A stretch of 64,000 nucleotides of DNA from the human T2T-CHM13v2.0 reference genome, Homo sapiens (GCF_009914755.1 NC_060925.1), one strand, 5' to 3'; shown: positions 43,793 through 59,245, numbered from the stretch's first letter. The notes: generated from the sequence alone by a model not told the origin. Program-made: numbers and translations.

Positions 43793-43890
43793 CGTGATAA
43801 GAGGCTGGAGTGGGAAATGATGTGCAGAGTAAAGCCAGATGTTGTCCAAGACAAAGAGACAGAGAGAAATCTTCAGAGAATTGCAACAAG
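43793..43890 (+). CDS. RRP15: RRP15 coding exon 3 ([33 protein letters not shown]), 98 nt
   Basis: Acceptor ataacgcag|CGT; donor CAAG|GTAAGG. Too short for the ORF track; found by reading. Leads into the conserved Rrp15 '[13 protein letters not shown]' motif. Confidence 0.95.
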
Positions 43891-44888
43891 GTAAGGTAGT
43901 GTTTTTGCCCTTTAAAAAATAAGTATACTAAAGCTATCATAGTGGTTCTATTTTTGACCCAATTTGATTCTTAAGCTCAGCCTTCTCAGAGCCAAGTGAT
44001 ATATATCTAAGCCTGCCTGTTCAACACTGAATTCAACCAAAGATTTTCCAGGTCTCGTGAAGCAAGAATATAATGTGCTAAGTGTATATTTGGTAAGAAC
44101 CTATTTCAGATCATCTTGTTTTTATAGTCACGAGAACTGTGTAATCAGACCTCTTACTGCATTTCTCTTATGATGCTTGTCTAAATTTGTGGCACTCAAT
44201 GATGGTTTTTATCTTGCATTATATTTATGGCATAATACATTACACATTATAGCTATTTCATGCTATCTTTTTACTCTGCTTATTTATTCATTGGCACCAA
44301 ACGTTTACTTGATGCCCTCTGTGTCCAAAGACAAACAGGATATGGTGGCTGCTAGGTGGTCCTTGCCTGGTCATCTGTAGGAATTACAGTCTCTTTGAGA
44401 GTAGAATTATGTCTATGTGTTGGGAACATAGAACAGGAGATTGTCTGGGAGAGTTTGAGAAGGCATTACAGAGGAGATAACATTTGGGCTGCTGCTAAAG
44501 AACCTAGCAGTTATATTTAGCAGAATTACTTTTAAATTCTTGTTACCTAAATTATTTTGGTCATTTTCTAATCCATCTCGGTGTTACACAGTGCGATAGC
44601 GTGGTGTGGTGAATAAGGGCATGAGTGATAGAGCCAGTGCTCGGTTCAAATCGTAGTACTGGCTCTTACTAGCAGTGTGTCCCTGGGCATGCTACTTGAT
44701 TTCTTTTTCTCTCAGTTTATCTGTAAATAGAGGATAATATACCTAGCCTATAGGGTTTCTTTGATAATTAAATGGATTAATACATATACAGAACTTAGAA
44801 AAGTACAGGCTCAGTACATGAGAGTGAGTGCCTCCTTAAAATTTATGTCCTAGGCGCCTCCCTTTCCTCACCCTGGTCCTGTCACTAC

Positions 44889-45320
44889 TGTGAAGGGTCT
44901 GGAATTTTACTCTCCTTATAAGCTCATAAGCTAGCCTGTCAAAGTTTCCTGGATGCTGATAGAAGACAAGACACTTTGGATCAAAGACAAAGGACTTTAT
45001 TATTCATGGCAAAAACAGTAGCAGAGCTTCATGTTCCCACTGTTTCCTTTGTCCCATAGAGGGAGTGCAGGTGTCCTAGATGGATGCCCGCATGTGCAAT
45101 ATGTTGTGTTACAAGAACTGGAACACTGTGCTTGGGATTCTATCACTTTTATACTGATTGGTAACAAGCCTGCTCTTTGTCGGGGGGAGATGTTACCTCA
45201 TCCCTCAAGGTCACTACCTACAAACACAACCCTGAGAAATGGCCTGGATAAAGAGCAGTCAGGTGCATTCATTCTTGAAAAATCCAGCAACCATATGCAG
45301 GGATGCTCAAGGCCCAATAA
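44889..45320 (-). mobile_element. ERVL-type LTR (LTR40-like)
   Basis: tgtgaagggtctggaattttac...agctagcctg...caaaggactttatt, the recalled LTR40 terminus in reverse. Confidence 0.55.
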
Positions 45321-45413
45321 TTATTGGAAGAGGCAGATTGCCTCTTATTAGAGCAAGAAAATTCATAGATTGCAGAATTTTAGAGCCGGAAGGGATCTTA
45401 ACAGTCTAAATCA

Positions 45414-45737
45414 ACGCTATCCAGGAGAAATGAATGTGAGCTACATTCATTTGTAATTTAATATGTAATTTAAAATGTTCTTATAGCCACAATGAGAAAT
45501 ATAAAATGAAAGAGGTGAAATTAACTTCAATAATATTTTATTTAACTCTGCATTCAAAATATTCATCATGTGGTCAGTATGAAGCAGTTATTAATGATAT
45601 TTAAGGATTCTATTTTTCATACTGAGTCTTTGAAATCTGGTGTATTTTCATTTACAGCACATGGCAATTCAGACCAGTCACATTTCAAGTGCTCACTAGC
45701 CACATGTGGCTTGTGGCTCCTGTATTGGATGCTGCAG
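45414..45737. mobile_element. MER33-like hAT-Charlie MITE
   Basis: 'ggtgaaattaacttcaataatatttta', 'cacatttcaagtgctcactagccacatgtggc'. Confidence 0.7.
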
Positions 45738-46195
45738 GTCTTAATTTTCAGAATTTATCTTTGAATGAACTCAAATAAATACAGAACATAGTTTTTAAAA
45801 TAAGTATTTTTTAAAGTAGGATTTTACAATGGTTTCATAACACAAGAGTTGCAGATAACGTAGCTAAATACTTTTTAAGCTACTGAGGCATTATTTTTCC
45901 AATTTACAGATGAAATTGAGATCCAGAAAAATCTTTCTTGGAGTGAAGCACAAAGTTATGTACCAATCCACATTTGTTATCTGTTTAGAAATTTATATTC
46001 ATTCATTGAAATGTATATTCATTTTTCAGTTGTATTTATCAAATGTATTTAACCACTTATCCCGTTCTTTCCTTTGAGTACTTGTTAAATGCTTGCCTCT
46101 TTTCTAGACAGTGAAAATACATTTTTCCTATCCTCAGAGTTTGTATTCTAGGGTAATTATTTAATACATCATTCTGGTCATTTTATATTCTACAG

Positions 46196-46397
46196 GGGTG
46201 TGGTGCAATTATTTAATGCTGTTCAGAAACATCAAAAGAATGTTGATGAAAAGGTTAAGGAAGCTGGAAGTTCTATGAGAAAGCGTGCTAAGTTGATATC
46301 AACTGTTTCCAAGAAAGATTTCATCAGTGTTTTGAGAGGGATGGATGGAAGTACAAATGAGACTGCTTCAAGCAGGAAGAAACCAAAAGCCAAACAG
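46196..46397 (+). CDS. RRP15: RRP15 coding exon 4 ([13 protein letters not shown]...KKPKAKQ), 202 nt; gene continues beyond the window
   Basis: Acceptor ttttatattctacag|G; donor ACAG|GTAAAA. Cumulative 705 nt in frame. The expected C-terminal exon (TEVKSEEG..., recalled) was not seen in the window. Confidence 0.95.
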
Positions 46398-46745
46398 GTA
46401 AAAACTTTTCTATAGGATTCAGTGTATCAGACTTTCAGCTCTAAAACTAGTCTTGAGATGGAAAACCAGACTATAGAATTACAGAGTTTTGTGTTTTTTT
46501 CCTAAATTTTATTAAAATTCCTCCATGCCCGCAACCTTTAGAGATAGGGCTTGCCTCTCTCCTATCTGAAATCCTGCCATTTTGCACATTTTGGAGAATA
46601 GAAGCCTGTGTGGGCCACAGCTTTAATTTCAGACTTTACCCATAGAGGGTGTGTAACTTACAAAATATGAAGAGTCAGAGAGTTTTAGGAAATAATGGTA
46701 GAAAGTCATTCTTGCATTGAGGCATCTTTAGTGATGTTTGGTTGA

Positions 46746-47135
<390 letters not shown>

Positions 47136-48167
47136 CAGTAATTTCTTTTTAATGTACCAGGTGAAAGGTTTTGAGATGTGCTTTACTTTTATAAGCGGTG
47201 GGTTTCTATTGTTGTCGTTTTAAAAAAGCAAAATATGTAGTTATATTTTGATGGCTTGATTTCTGTTGCCAAAACCAAAGGTACTTTTAATCAGTCAGGA
47301 AATGAGAATTTCTGTCATAAATTTTTTTGTTTGGGAAAATAATTGAAACCCGAGCAAGAAGAGCATTTAGGAATTTTATGCTAGCCTAGGGTTGGAGCAT
47401 TTTTTAAAGTTTCTTAAGTTCATATTTTACCTAAGTGACAAAAGTTTTTGAATCTACTTGTCTCTTTCTTGAATATCAAAGGGCTCAAATTGTATTTTTA
47501 TATAATAATAGTTCTCACTAGTGCTGCTATTTTAAAGTGTCTATCAGAAGTACTTGTAAATACATGAACACTGTGTTTGGGGATTTATACTTTTTAGTTC
47601 AAAGGCTTTAATAGGCTGTATTCTCGCTAGTAACATTTTACTGTAAGAGTTAGAGAAAGATTCAGCAACATTGGATGGGAAAGAACTAGTGGGAAGATGA
47701 AGAGACTTAGTTTTTTTTCTTTTTCCTATTGGTTTCAAAATAACATTTTATAGAAGCACATACTTTTGCTTTGGGATTATTTCTTTCATGAGTTATGAAA
47801 ATACACAACAGATTCTTTCCACTGGCATTGTATTTTTTTCTTACCATTTGCACTTGCCCTTGACTTTCTTTTTTTCTACTTCAGTGATCACAGTATTTGT
47901 AAGTCTGGGACAAGGTCAAAAATTGCTTGAGACTTAAGCCAAAGTGATTTTGCTCTAAAAGTAATTTGTTTCTAGAACACCCTGCCCCATGCCATCAATA
48001 CCCTGACATATTTCTTTCTTTTAAAAATGTGTGTTTTCATGTTGATTGCATATTTATGGAAAAACAGACTCCTTTTTAAAAATTTTGCTTGAGTTTGCAT
48101 CTGAATAACTATGAAAGTACTACACTGTTTGAGATTGGATCAGTTACTGATATAAAGCATATTTCTT

Positions 48168-48578
<411 letters not shown>

Positions 48579-49466
48579 TTAACTTGATAGTAGGCAAATT
48601 CTAAATTAGTATGTCAAGTACACGTTAACATTAGTTACACCAGCTCTAACAAGATGTACATTAAGTGGCTACCCCTGTGTGAAGGGAATTTCAGAGTAAC
48701 GGTGTACTATTTATTTAGAGCATAGATCATTATATCTATGTATGTTACTTGAAATAGGTGAACTTTTAAGGTAGATCAAGGGAAGGCAGGGTGGCAAAGG
48801 TGAGCATAGATTTGATGTGCCAAAGTGCTATTCAGAAATGAATCATTGATGAGCTAAATAAAGGAAGAGATTAAGAAAGTAGAAAGTAATATTTGCCATT
48901 TTTTCTTATATTTAACCTTGTCCTAGCACCATAGCTATTGTACTCTTTCCTCATAGGTGTTCCTTCTCTCATCATAAAATGGAACAAAAGAAATCTTATT
49001 GTTTTCCCTTCCCTGGGCTGTAATGATATTCAGAGCACAGATTTTTAAATTCAATATTCCTAATATTGTGAAGTCTCTAAAATTGGAGGCCACCCACATA
49101 TAAACTAGATTTCACTGGCAGCCATCTATCAGGATACCAATTTGGAAACACCTTCATTTTAATGACTTCAATTCTTTTTCCCAGTTATATGTGTTATTCA
49201 GTTTTGACATTAAAGTCTTATGTTCAATAATCAAAAGAGGCAGGAGTTTTATATTAAATATGGATAGAATTGTAATAATATAACATAGGTTATATACATT
49301 GAGCCCATTATAGTTAACCATACTTTAGGAGTGGTTTTGGTGTTTGGTTTTGTTTTCTCCTAATGTACACATGACTTGGGAATTTATTTTAAAGAACTTT
49401 TTTAAAAAATAATTGTTATAGAAATTTCATATTTCTTCAAGGTATAAGAAACAGACATTGTGATAA

Positions 49467-49847
<381 letters not shown>

Positions 49848-50594
49848 TAGAATTTTATTATCAAAGCAATAGGAGCACAGTATGAAAACTGAATTTATGG
49901 TTAAATAAAATAACCACTGCCCTTTTCCATTCTTCTCTATACCTTGGCAACTCTTAGTACTTTCTTCTGGTATTTACCTCCATATCTTAAATAATATTTA
50001 CACTATTTCTTTATCAGTACTAGATACTATCTTTCATGGAAGATAAAGTTGGTTTTCCTCACACCTCTCCACATTCTGTCCTTCCAACATAGTATATTAA
50101 AATTTCTTACACTAGATTGAATACTAGTATTCAATGTGAATATTGTTCACTGCTGAGCAAAATAATATACAATAATAATACTTACTTTCTTCAGCTTTGT
50201 TACAATTTTTATTTTTCCTGGAGTTATCACTTGCCTTTTTTTTCCTTTAGTTTTGTATATGCCAAAATCCTTCCATACTCTTCAAAAGAACTGTTAAGCC
50301 CTTCTCAGTAGTATATTTCTTGTGATCATCCTGCTGCTACTCTCTAAACTGGTTGTTCTTTACCTGCTGTGCACTGTCATTTTGCAACATTGCTTTATCC
50401 CCTTCCTGGGAATTCCATTTGCCTCTCGCCTCTCTCCTATGCAGTATCCTCTGTTTTTTCGGACTAAACGTCTTATTTTCTCTTGGCCTTCTCCTGCATT
50501 TTAGTGATGGCACAGTTTTCAGCTTTCTGGGAGAGAGTATAGGTGTCCTTATTTTTTATTGATATGTTGGCCCGATAGATGGCTTCCAATATTT

Positions 50595-50978
50595 GGAAAA
50601 GGGTTTTTGCAGATGCAGTTAAATTAATGATCTTGAGATGAAGGAGGTAATCTCGAATTATTCGGGTAGGCCCTAAGACCAGTGACAAGTGTTCTTAGAC
50701 ACATAGGAGAAATTTGACAGACAGAATCGGAGCAGGCAGTGTGACCATGGAGGAATAGGTGGGAGTGATGTGGCTGCAAGTCAAAGAATGCCAAGAAACA
50801 CCAGAAGCTGGAGGAGACAGCAAGGGATGGGTTCTCCCCTGAAGCCCCAAGAGGGAGTGAGGCTTTGCCAGATATGGGCATCGGGCCTCCACAACTGTGA
50901 GAGAGTAAATTGCTATTGTTTTCAGCTACCTAGTTTGTAGCAATTTGTTATGGCAGCCACAGGAAACTAATAGAACAT
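50595..50978 (+). mobile_element. MLT1B/C-type MaLR LTR (partial)
   Basis: 'tttgcagatg...gatcttgagatg...ggcagccacaggaaactaata'. Confidence 0.75.
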
Positions 50979-52736
50979 AGATGTCCATGTTGGAAAGTAA
51001 TTTTCTCTCAGAAGTTTGAGAGAAATTTTTTCTTTCTTTCTTTTTTCTTTTTTTTTTTTTTAGCCATTGAGCGGTTCAGTGCTGCTCTGCTCGTTTTGAT
51101 TCTTTTCTTTTTGGAACCTTTTAAGACCTTCTCTATCCCCGTTCTTAAAACATTTGTAGTGAATAATTGGTAGTCACTAATTTTATTTTATTTATATTTT
51201 TGTGAGATAGGGCTATGAAAAAAGATACTGTTAGTGGATGTGAGAAGACATAAAAAAAGAATGATTCTTAGCCAATAAATAGAACTTTGGGGTAAAATGT
51301 TGAATGTTAAATTCAGTGGAGATTTGGTTCTATGGAATGAATCAGATCACCACATATTTCATTTAGAAACAAGAAGAGGAACCTTCTTTGCCAAATTGTT
51401 TTAGTAGCTGTTCTGGGTGGTACATATATTGCTCACGAAATTAGAAAATCGTAAAGTTGGAAAAATTGTGATGTGGGGATAGTCATAGGAAATGTGACTC
51501 AGGAGGAAAGTACTTTAGAAGAATATAAGAAACTTAGCTTTGATTTTTAAAATGGCATGAAGTAAACATGGTAAGGGGGAAAAAGCCTGCCAGTTCTGTA
51601 ATTTTTCAGATTCCTTATAGTTTTCTTTCCTGTTTTCTTCCATGGAAGTTGGAATGTAGGATGTTTGCTAATGAGTGGGGAGTTAGAAAAAGGGATTCTG
51701 AGGAAGTAGGTTGGCATTAGATTTGAAGTGTCCTATCTTGAGGAATCTGGACTTTATTCCTTACGCATTTGGAGGCCAATGCCATAAGGTAAGTGATCTG
51801 GTCAGATTTGATTTTTCTGTCTTTCTCTTTTGATTTATTTCAGCTTTTATTTTAGACTAAGGAGGTACATGTAGAGGTTTGTTACAAGAGTAATATTGTG
51901 CAGTGCTGAAGTTTGGGGAATGATTGAATCTGTTGCTCAGTTAGTGAAGATTTCATTATTTTTAAGGAAAAGAAAGGGCTGAAGGATGGTCAGAAGACCA
52001 ATTAGTGGAAGACAATTGCCATAATTAAAGCAAGGGGAGAGAACGTGAACTAAGATTGTGTGGGGTAAATTGGGTTGGGGTGAAGGGAAAAGAAGAATCA
52101 GATTGGAGAGGCAATTTTAAGGTATAGATTGACTTGATTTGTGATTAACATGATGTAGAGGGATATGGGAGAGGGAGGATTTATTAATAACTCAGAGGTT
52201 TACAACTTGGGAGACTCAGAAATGGTGACAGCTTTCACCAAAATAGAGAATATAAAATATGGAACATGTCTGAGAGGTAAAGATTTTTGGAGGCAGTGAC
52301 TGCTCCAGGTTATAATCAGAAATGAGAAGGATGACAGTAAAGATCAGGTTAACAGCAGCAGTGTGGCAGAAGCATTTGGTTAGTGCGGGAAATAGCATGG
52401 CCAGAAACAAGGAGGCAACCAGAATAGCAGAGTATGGTGAGGCCACCTGGGGCAGGCACTAATGAGTCCTGTATGTCTTAGTAGGGTTCCTGAATCTTTA
52501 AGAATGATTAACTTGTTTACTGAGTCAGGGAAGATGAATAGTCTATTTTAGAGAGTTTTCCACATGAATAAATGTAATATCTTCTAGGTTTAGATAACTA
52601 ATTTTCAGTTATTTGGAAGGAATTCCCTAATCCAGAAGCTGTAATTCTTCGATCAAATACAGGAAGCATCATCCCAATTACATACCAACATGTGGCAAGG
52701 CATATTGACCAATATCTTGATGTTGACCCCGAGTGA

Positions 52737-52918
52737 TTTTTATTTTATTTTATTTTATTTTATTTTATTTTATTTTATGTTTTGTTATTTTATTATTTTT
52801 AAAGAGATGGAATCTTGCTATGCTGCCCAGCCTGGTCTCGAACTCCTGGGTTCAAGTGATCCACCCACCTAGGCCTCCCAAAGTGCTGGGATTACAGGCA
52901 TGAGCCACCATGCCTGGT
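52737..52918 (-). mobile_element. FLAM with (TTTTA)n tail
   Basis: TSD tgaccccgagtgatttt / tgaccctgagtgatttt. Confidence 0.85.
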
Positions 52919-53475
52919 GACCCTGAGTGATTTTTAAAAATATTACATTGTATTTAGAACACTGTTTAAGGAAGCAACAAAAACATATTTTTTAAGTAAA
53001 GTTTTATAAAAAAATTAAGCTTTAACTCTTAAAGGATTAATACCTCTGTTCCTCTATTCAAAACATGTTCTTATCTAGAGTGATTTGTTTCTCAGTATGT
53101 TAATCAAGATTTTATTAATGTAGAGGCATTAATTTTTTTTCTTAGCTTTCAAAGTTGTAATTATTCCTTTTAATGTTTTCTTGAAAAGCCAACTAAAATT
53201 CAATCAGATTTCTTGGAATGTAATTCTGTTACTCTAAAGGCCGACAGAAGCGGATGTGATGTTAAATCTGTGAGTCTCTAAGGAGAATATATTGGCTGCT
53301 CTTAGGAAAGCATTGGCTTTACTTGTACTCTTGAATTACAGACTTTCTACAAGGTTTTCATTTATTTGAAATTGCCAATATATCAATTTCAGGTTTTTTT
53401 TTAATAATGAAACTGAAATTATAATTTTATAGTAAGGGAAAATGCTAGCTGGTTTCTGTTAGAAAATGATTTTTT

Positions 53476-53791
<316 letters not shown>

Positions 53792-54209
53792 TTAGTGATT
53801 GCTAGACAATAATTTTTAATAGAAGTCCCTAGGAAAAAGAGTTACTGGAAGAGTCCAGGTATTTATTTTTTCTGATTTTGTGGTATGAGCACTTTAAATG
53901 TCATACATAGAGGTAAGGTAGGGTACTCCTCTATTTCTCATTTATTTGTCATAAATGGCAACCTTGTAATTTCTTCATAGGTAAATAATTAGTGGTGAGA
54001 ATGCTTTTGAAATACCTGGCTTCTTTGGTATCTTACAACTTAGACCCAGACTCCAAATTGCTATGTACTTTTAAAAATGTGCATTTCTTCTGGTTCTTAG
54101 ATCTGCTGAATTCTTGCTTCTAAAGACAGAAGCCTAGGAAAGGAGGACTTCCTCACCCAGGTCCCTTGGTGGGCCTCTGGCTATTTTCATTATTTACTTT
54201 TGGTTTTTC

Positions 54210-54520
54210 TAAGGCAGGATCTCACTCTGTCGCCCAGGTGGGAGTGCAGTGTCACGATCTTGGCTTACTGCAACCTCTGCCTCCCAGGTTCAAGCAATTC
54301 TCATGCCCCAGCCTCTTGAGTAGCTGAGATTACAGGCGCATGCCACCGCACCTGGCTTTATTTTTTTATTATTTTATTTTTTTTTTTTTGTATTTTTAGT
54401 AGAGATGGGGTTTTACCATGTTGGCCAGGCTGGTCTCCTCGAACTCCTGGCCTCAAGTGATCCTCCGACCTGGGCCTCCCAAAGTGCTGGGATTACAGGC
54501 TTGAGCCACCGTGCCTGGCC
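54210..54520 (-). mobile_element. Alu
   Basis: Dimeric Alu with expanded linker. Confidence 0.88.
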
Positions 54521-56490
54521 AGGATTTAGCTTTTAAATCAAGTTGGGGTGTGGAAGGCAGGCAAGGAGGTAGAGAAAGATGCTGTCCTTAGATTGCCTCT
54601 GCATTGCAGGACAACAGTGTTTTACTCTCACGTAAAGCTCTCTAACAGGAATGTGTGGAATCCTAATTTTGTAAATAATTCAGCTTAATGTTTGTTTACT
54701 GAAAATGCCTAAATAGAGCTTAGGCAAAAGTGAGACTCCATGTTTGAAATGAGAACAAGCAGGATTATACATATTACTGTTGATGGGAATGGTTTTAAGC
54801 CAGTTTCCCATTGTATTTATGTCTTTTAAAATATGCTATTTAGTTTTCATGTAGGGTGGTTTCTGATTTGAACAACAGTTTTAATCAAAATGAACTTAGG
54901 TTTGGCAATATGGCACATGCAGCATTTTGACTTATGGAAAATATGGATATTAGTGAAGAATAAGAACTAGTTATTACAGAACTGCTGTAGAAATCTTTAG
55001 TTACTGTTAACTTAAAATTAATGGTGCCATACATCTTTTTGCCCCTATATGAATAAATGTGCTATTTGAAGTGGCTGCCTGTATTGGATTTTCTTTAGTG
55101 AGGCTGAGGCTTTAAAAAAAAATTATCCTGCACAGATGAGTCTATGCATTTGACTTTTAAAAATGCATTATATTAAGACATCAGTCTTACATGTTAGCAC
55201 CTATAATGCATTTTTAAAAGTCAGAATAATATTTTATTGCATCTTGGTAAAAATTACCATTTTTGAGTAGTAGGCAGTTGAGACCATTTGTGGGGATATA
55301 TAACACATAGTACTAAAGCCACAGATTCTAGAACCAGACTGCCTGAGTTCAAAATGCCTGTTATATATAGTAGTAATAACAGTCCCTACCTCATAGGGAT
55401 GTTGTGAGAGTCAATTAAGTTAATATACATAAAGCACTTAGAATGATGCTTAACACATAGTAAGTGCTGTATAAATGTTTGCAATAATTTTTATTTTCCA
55501 TTGCATGCCATCAAAACGAGTTCCCTATATTGGTGCTTATTTTTTCTCTAAAAATTGTAGTCAAAGATGAATTCCAAAGTTGGAAACCAATTTGAAGGGG
55601 AACTCTTACTACTTTTTATCTGAATTATTGAATAATCCAAAAACCTTCCAATAATTTGATTAAAATTATGTTTAGATTTGGATATTCTCACTCACGTTAG
55701 GTGTGATGGCTCTAGTAATGCATAATTCTTAGAAAATATAAAACTAGATTTGAAGGAACTAGAAATGTGTCCACTTTCTCTTGTTCCCCATTTCCACTTA
55801 TGGTTGAACTAACTGTATTACTTACAAGAATTTACTTATTAAGATAAGTTTGGTTTTTATGGGGGTGCTGTCATACTATTTGAATGTCATCATCTTTGTG
55901 AATAATGTGCAGAACATCATTAGAAGATCATACCTGTCCCAAGTTGGGGATTACGTGATACACAATGACTCGGCATCAGCAAGTAAGGATAGTGAGTAGA
56001 AGGACTGAGAGGGCACTTACTAGCGTATGCTTTGTGCCAGATGCTGTGGCAGATGTTTTTACGTAATTCCACTTCCAATAGAAAACTTCTCTTCCTTCTC
56101 TCACCCAGATGAGCTGGAAGAACTGTGGCTGGCTGATAAGCCACAGTGTCAGCAAGACTAGGAAGAGAATGGTGAAGGAAGCAGCTTGCATTCTGCTTTT
56201 TCCTAGGTCTCTCGTGCTGCTCATTTGATGTAAAGCATAATGAAGTCTGACACATTTTAAAATCTGATTTCTCAAAACTGTTATGTAAGATAAAATGTTA
56301 AACATAGTAAGATATTTTCAAGTTATGAAACTCATAAAACCAACTTAGAAAATTATTTATAAATTCAAGTTAGAATTGACTTTCTCTTCATTTGTCAAGG
56401 AATTAAAATTTACTAGAAATCAAATGCATCATGTATTTGATGATTGTGTGTCGAATACAGATTTTAGAATCTTCCCCCATGCCCCACACC

Positions 56491-56790
<300 letters not shown>

Positions 56791-57192
56791 GCTCTTTTAT
56801 AAAAATTGTCAAACAAGAAGAAAATTACAAAGAATAGTAATATAACCACCTATATTTCTGTATTTCTACTTAGGTTTAAAAGTTGTTAACACTTACTGTG
56901 TTTGTGTTAATAGCTATCTGCCTTTCTCTCCATCTAGTTTTTGTTTGTTTAGGTTGATTATTTGAAAGTATTACCCCCATGTGCCCCGAAGATTCTCTTT
57001 TTTAAAAAAAAATCAGTTTTATTGAGGTATGATGTTCATATACCATACAATTAAAATTTTTTTATAACTTTTTGAGAATTAGAATTCAATTAAGTCTCAC
57101 CTATTACATTTGATTCTGTCTTGTTCTCTTTTGTTCTAGACCAATCCCTTGTCTTTTTTTTTCTTTTAAAGACTAGCTTTTTAAAGAGACAA

Positions 57193-57260
57193 GCCAGTTG
57201 TCTTGAAGAATGAATAATGAATCCAGGCCAGTTGTCTTGAAGAATGAATAATGAATCCAG
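57193..57260 (+). repeat. Perfect 34-bp tandem duplication
   Basis: gccagttgtcttgaagaatgaataatgaatccag x2. Confidence 0.97.
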
Positions 57261-57814
57261 GTTTATGAATTTGTCTGATTACTTCATTATGGTGTCATTT
57301 ATCTTGTTCTATGCCTTTTTCCTGTAAGCTAGAAGTTAGGACTACGGGCTTGCTGAGATTTAGGTTAAACTTTTTTTGCCATAATTACATCATATGTGTG
57401 ACAGCTTATACTATGTACTTGCTATTGTAACACATCAGGAGACACATTATCAGAATGTTTCGTGCTAGTGATGCCAGTTTCCACTTGGTTAAAGTGATAA
57501 TAAATACTTTTTTTTTTTTTATTAAAGGTGCACCCTCCCCACCTCCCAGTTAGAAAGTAATTTCTGGGACAAATAGTTTCACAGGAGCAAGTGTACCTGT
57601 CTCCATCTTTTGCCTTTTACCATCAATTAGTGATCCTTGCCTAAAACAGTTAAGTGACTTGAGGTTACAGAATGGTGATTTTCTCATTTGTTTTCTAATT
57701 TATTAGCTGACACTTTTCAAGAGATGAATTAAAGTTCCTAAAGATGGGGGTTGTTTCATCCCTTTTAATTATGGTCTTCCAGAGTAAGGAGTTTAATAGT
57801 CACCTCCAGTCTCT

Positions 57815-58157
<343 letters not shown>

Positions 58158-58782
58158 TAGGGATTTTTATTCAGTGTTTACAGTCAATGAGTGTCATTAT
58201 ACTTTTTGTTGCTTAAGTTTGCAAATGTGGCTGTGAGAACCTGTGTAAACTGGCTCATGTGTCCTTTTGGCATGACCTCATTTTCTTTGAGTGATTCCTT
58301 GCATTCTGGGACAGGATGTCCAGCCCAAACCTTGTGCTTTCTGTGTCCCAGACCTAGAATCACCTGTTTCTCCAAAGGGGTCTGATGGGACCAATCTATT
58401 TATTTCTAAATTGTTTGTTGAGTTCAGTAGATTTATAGTGTGCATATTCCTTACTAGATGCAGCTTTGTTTTGTTTATATAGCATTTCATAGTTTTGCAA
58501 AGCACTTTTACATATGTTTTCTTATGTAAGCTTTTTAGCAAATTTGTGATATCAGGAAGACGTTGGTATCTATTTTTCAGCTGAATTCACAGCTCTGCTA
58601 ATTTTTTATAAATCTGGATTTTCATTTATATGCTATATAATATAGCAGATAAAATGTGCTTTAAGAGACTAATTGGCAGAGTGTATCTGAATATTTCAAA
58701 CAACTAATTTACTATGAAAATGAATAGAGCACTGTCAAAAGGCTCCCTGAAGTGTTACATTTGACTTTTCAGGTACCTTAGG

Positions 58783-59245
58783 TTTTTTTTTTTTTTTACT
58801 ATGTTTTATTTCTTTTTTTTTCTTTTATTTTATTATTATTATACTTTAAGTTTTAGGGTACATGTGCACAATGTGCAGGTTCGTTACATATGTATACATG
58901 TGCCACGCTGGTGTGCTGCACCCATTAACTCATCATTTAGCGTTAGATATATCTCCTAAAGCTATCCCTCCCCCTTCCCCCCACCCCACAACAGTCCCCA
59001 GAGTGTGATGTTCCCCTTCCTGTGTCCATGCGTTCTCACTGTTCAATTCCCACCTATGAGTGAGAACATGCGGTGTTTAGTTTTTTGTTCTTGCGATAGT
59101 TTACTGAGAATGATGATTTCCAGTTTCATCCATGTCCCTACAAAGGACATGAACTCATCATTTTTTATGGCTGCATAGTATTCCATGGTGTATATGTGCC
59201 ACATTTTCTTGATCCAGTCTATCATTGTTGGACATTTGGCTTGGT
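58783..59245 (-). mobile_element. Young 5'-truncated L1PA (L1PA3-like) 3' end
   Basis: ORF2 C-terminus DWIKKMWHIYTMEYYAAIKNDEFMSF...; 3' UTR with GCTAAATGATGAGTTAATGGG (not the L1HS ACA variant); TSD accttag. Confidence 0.92.

Noticed and set aside
52441-52458. CTCF-like GGCCACCTGGGGCAG
   Set aside because: One base short in the G-run relative to the core CCASYAGRKGGC; too weak to call.
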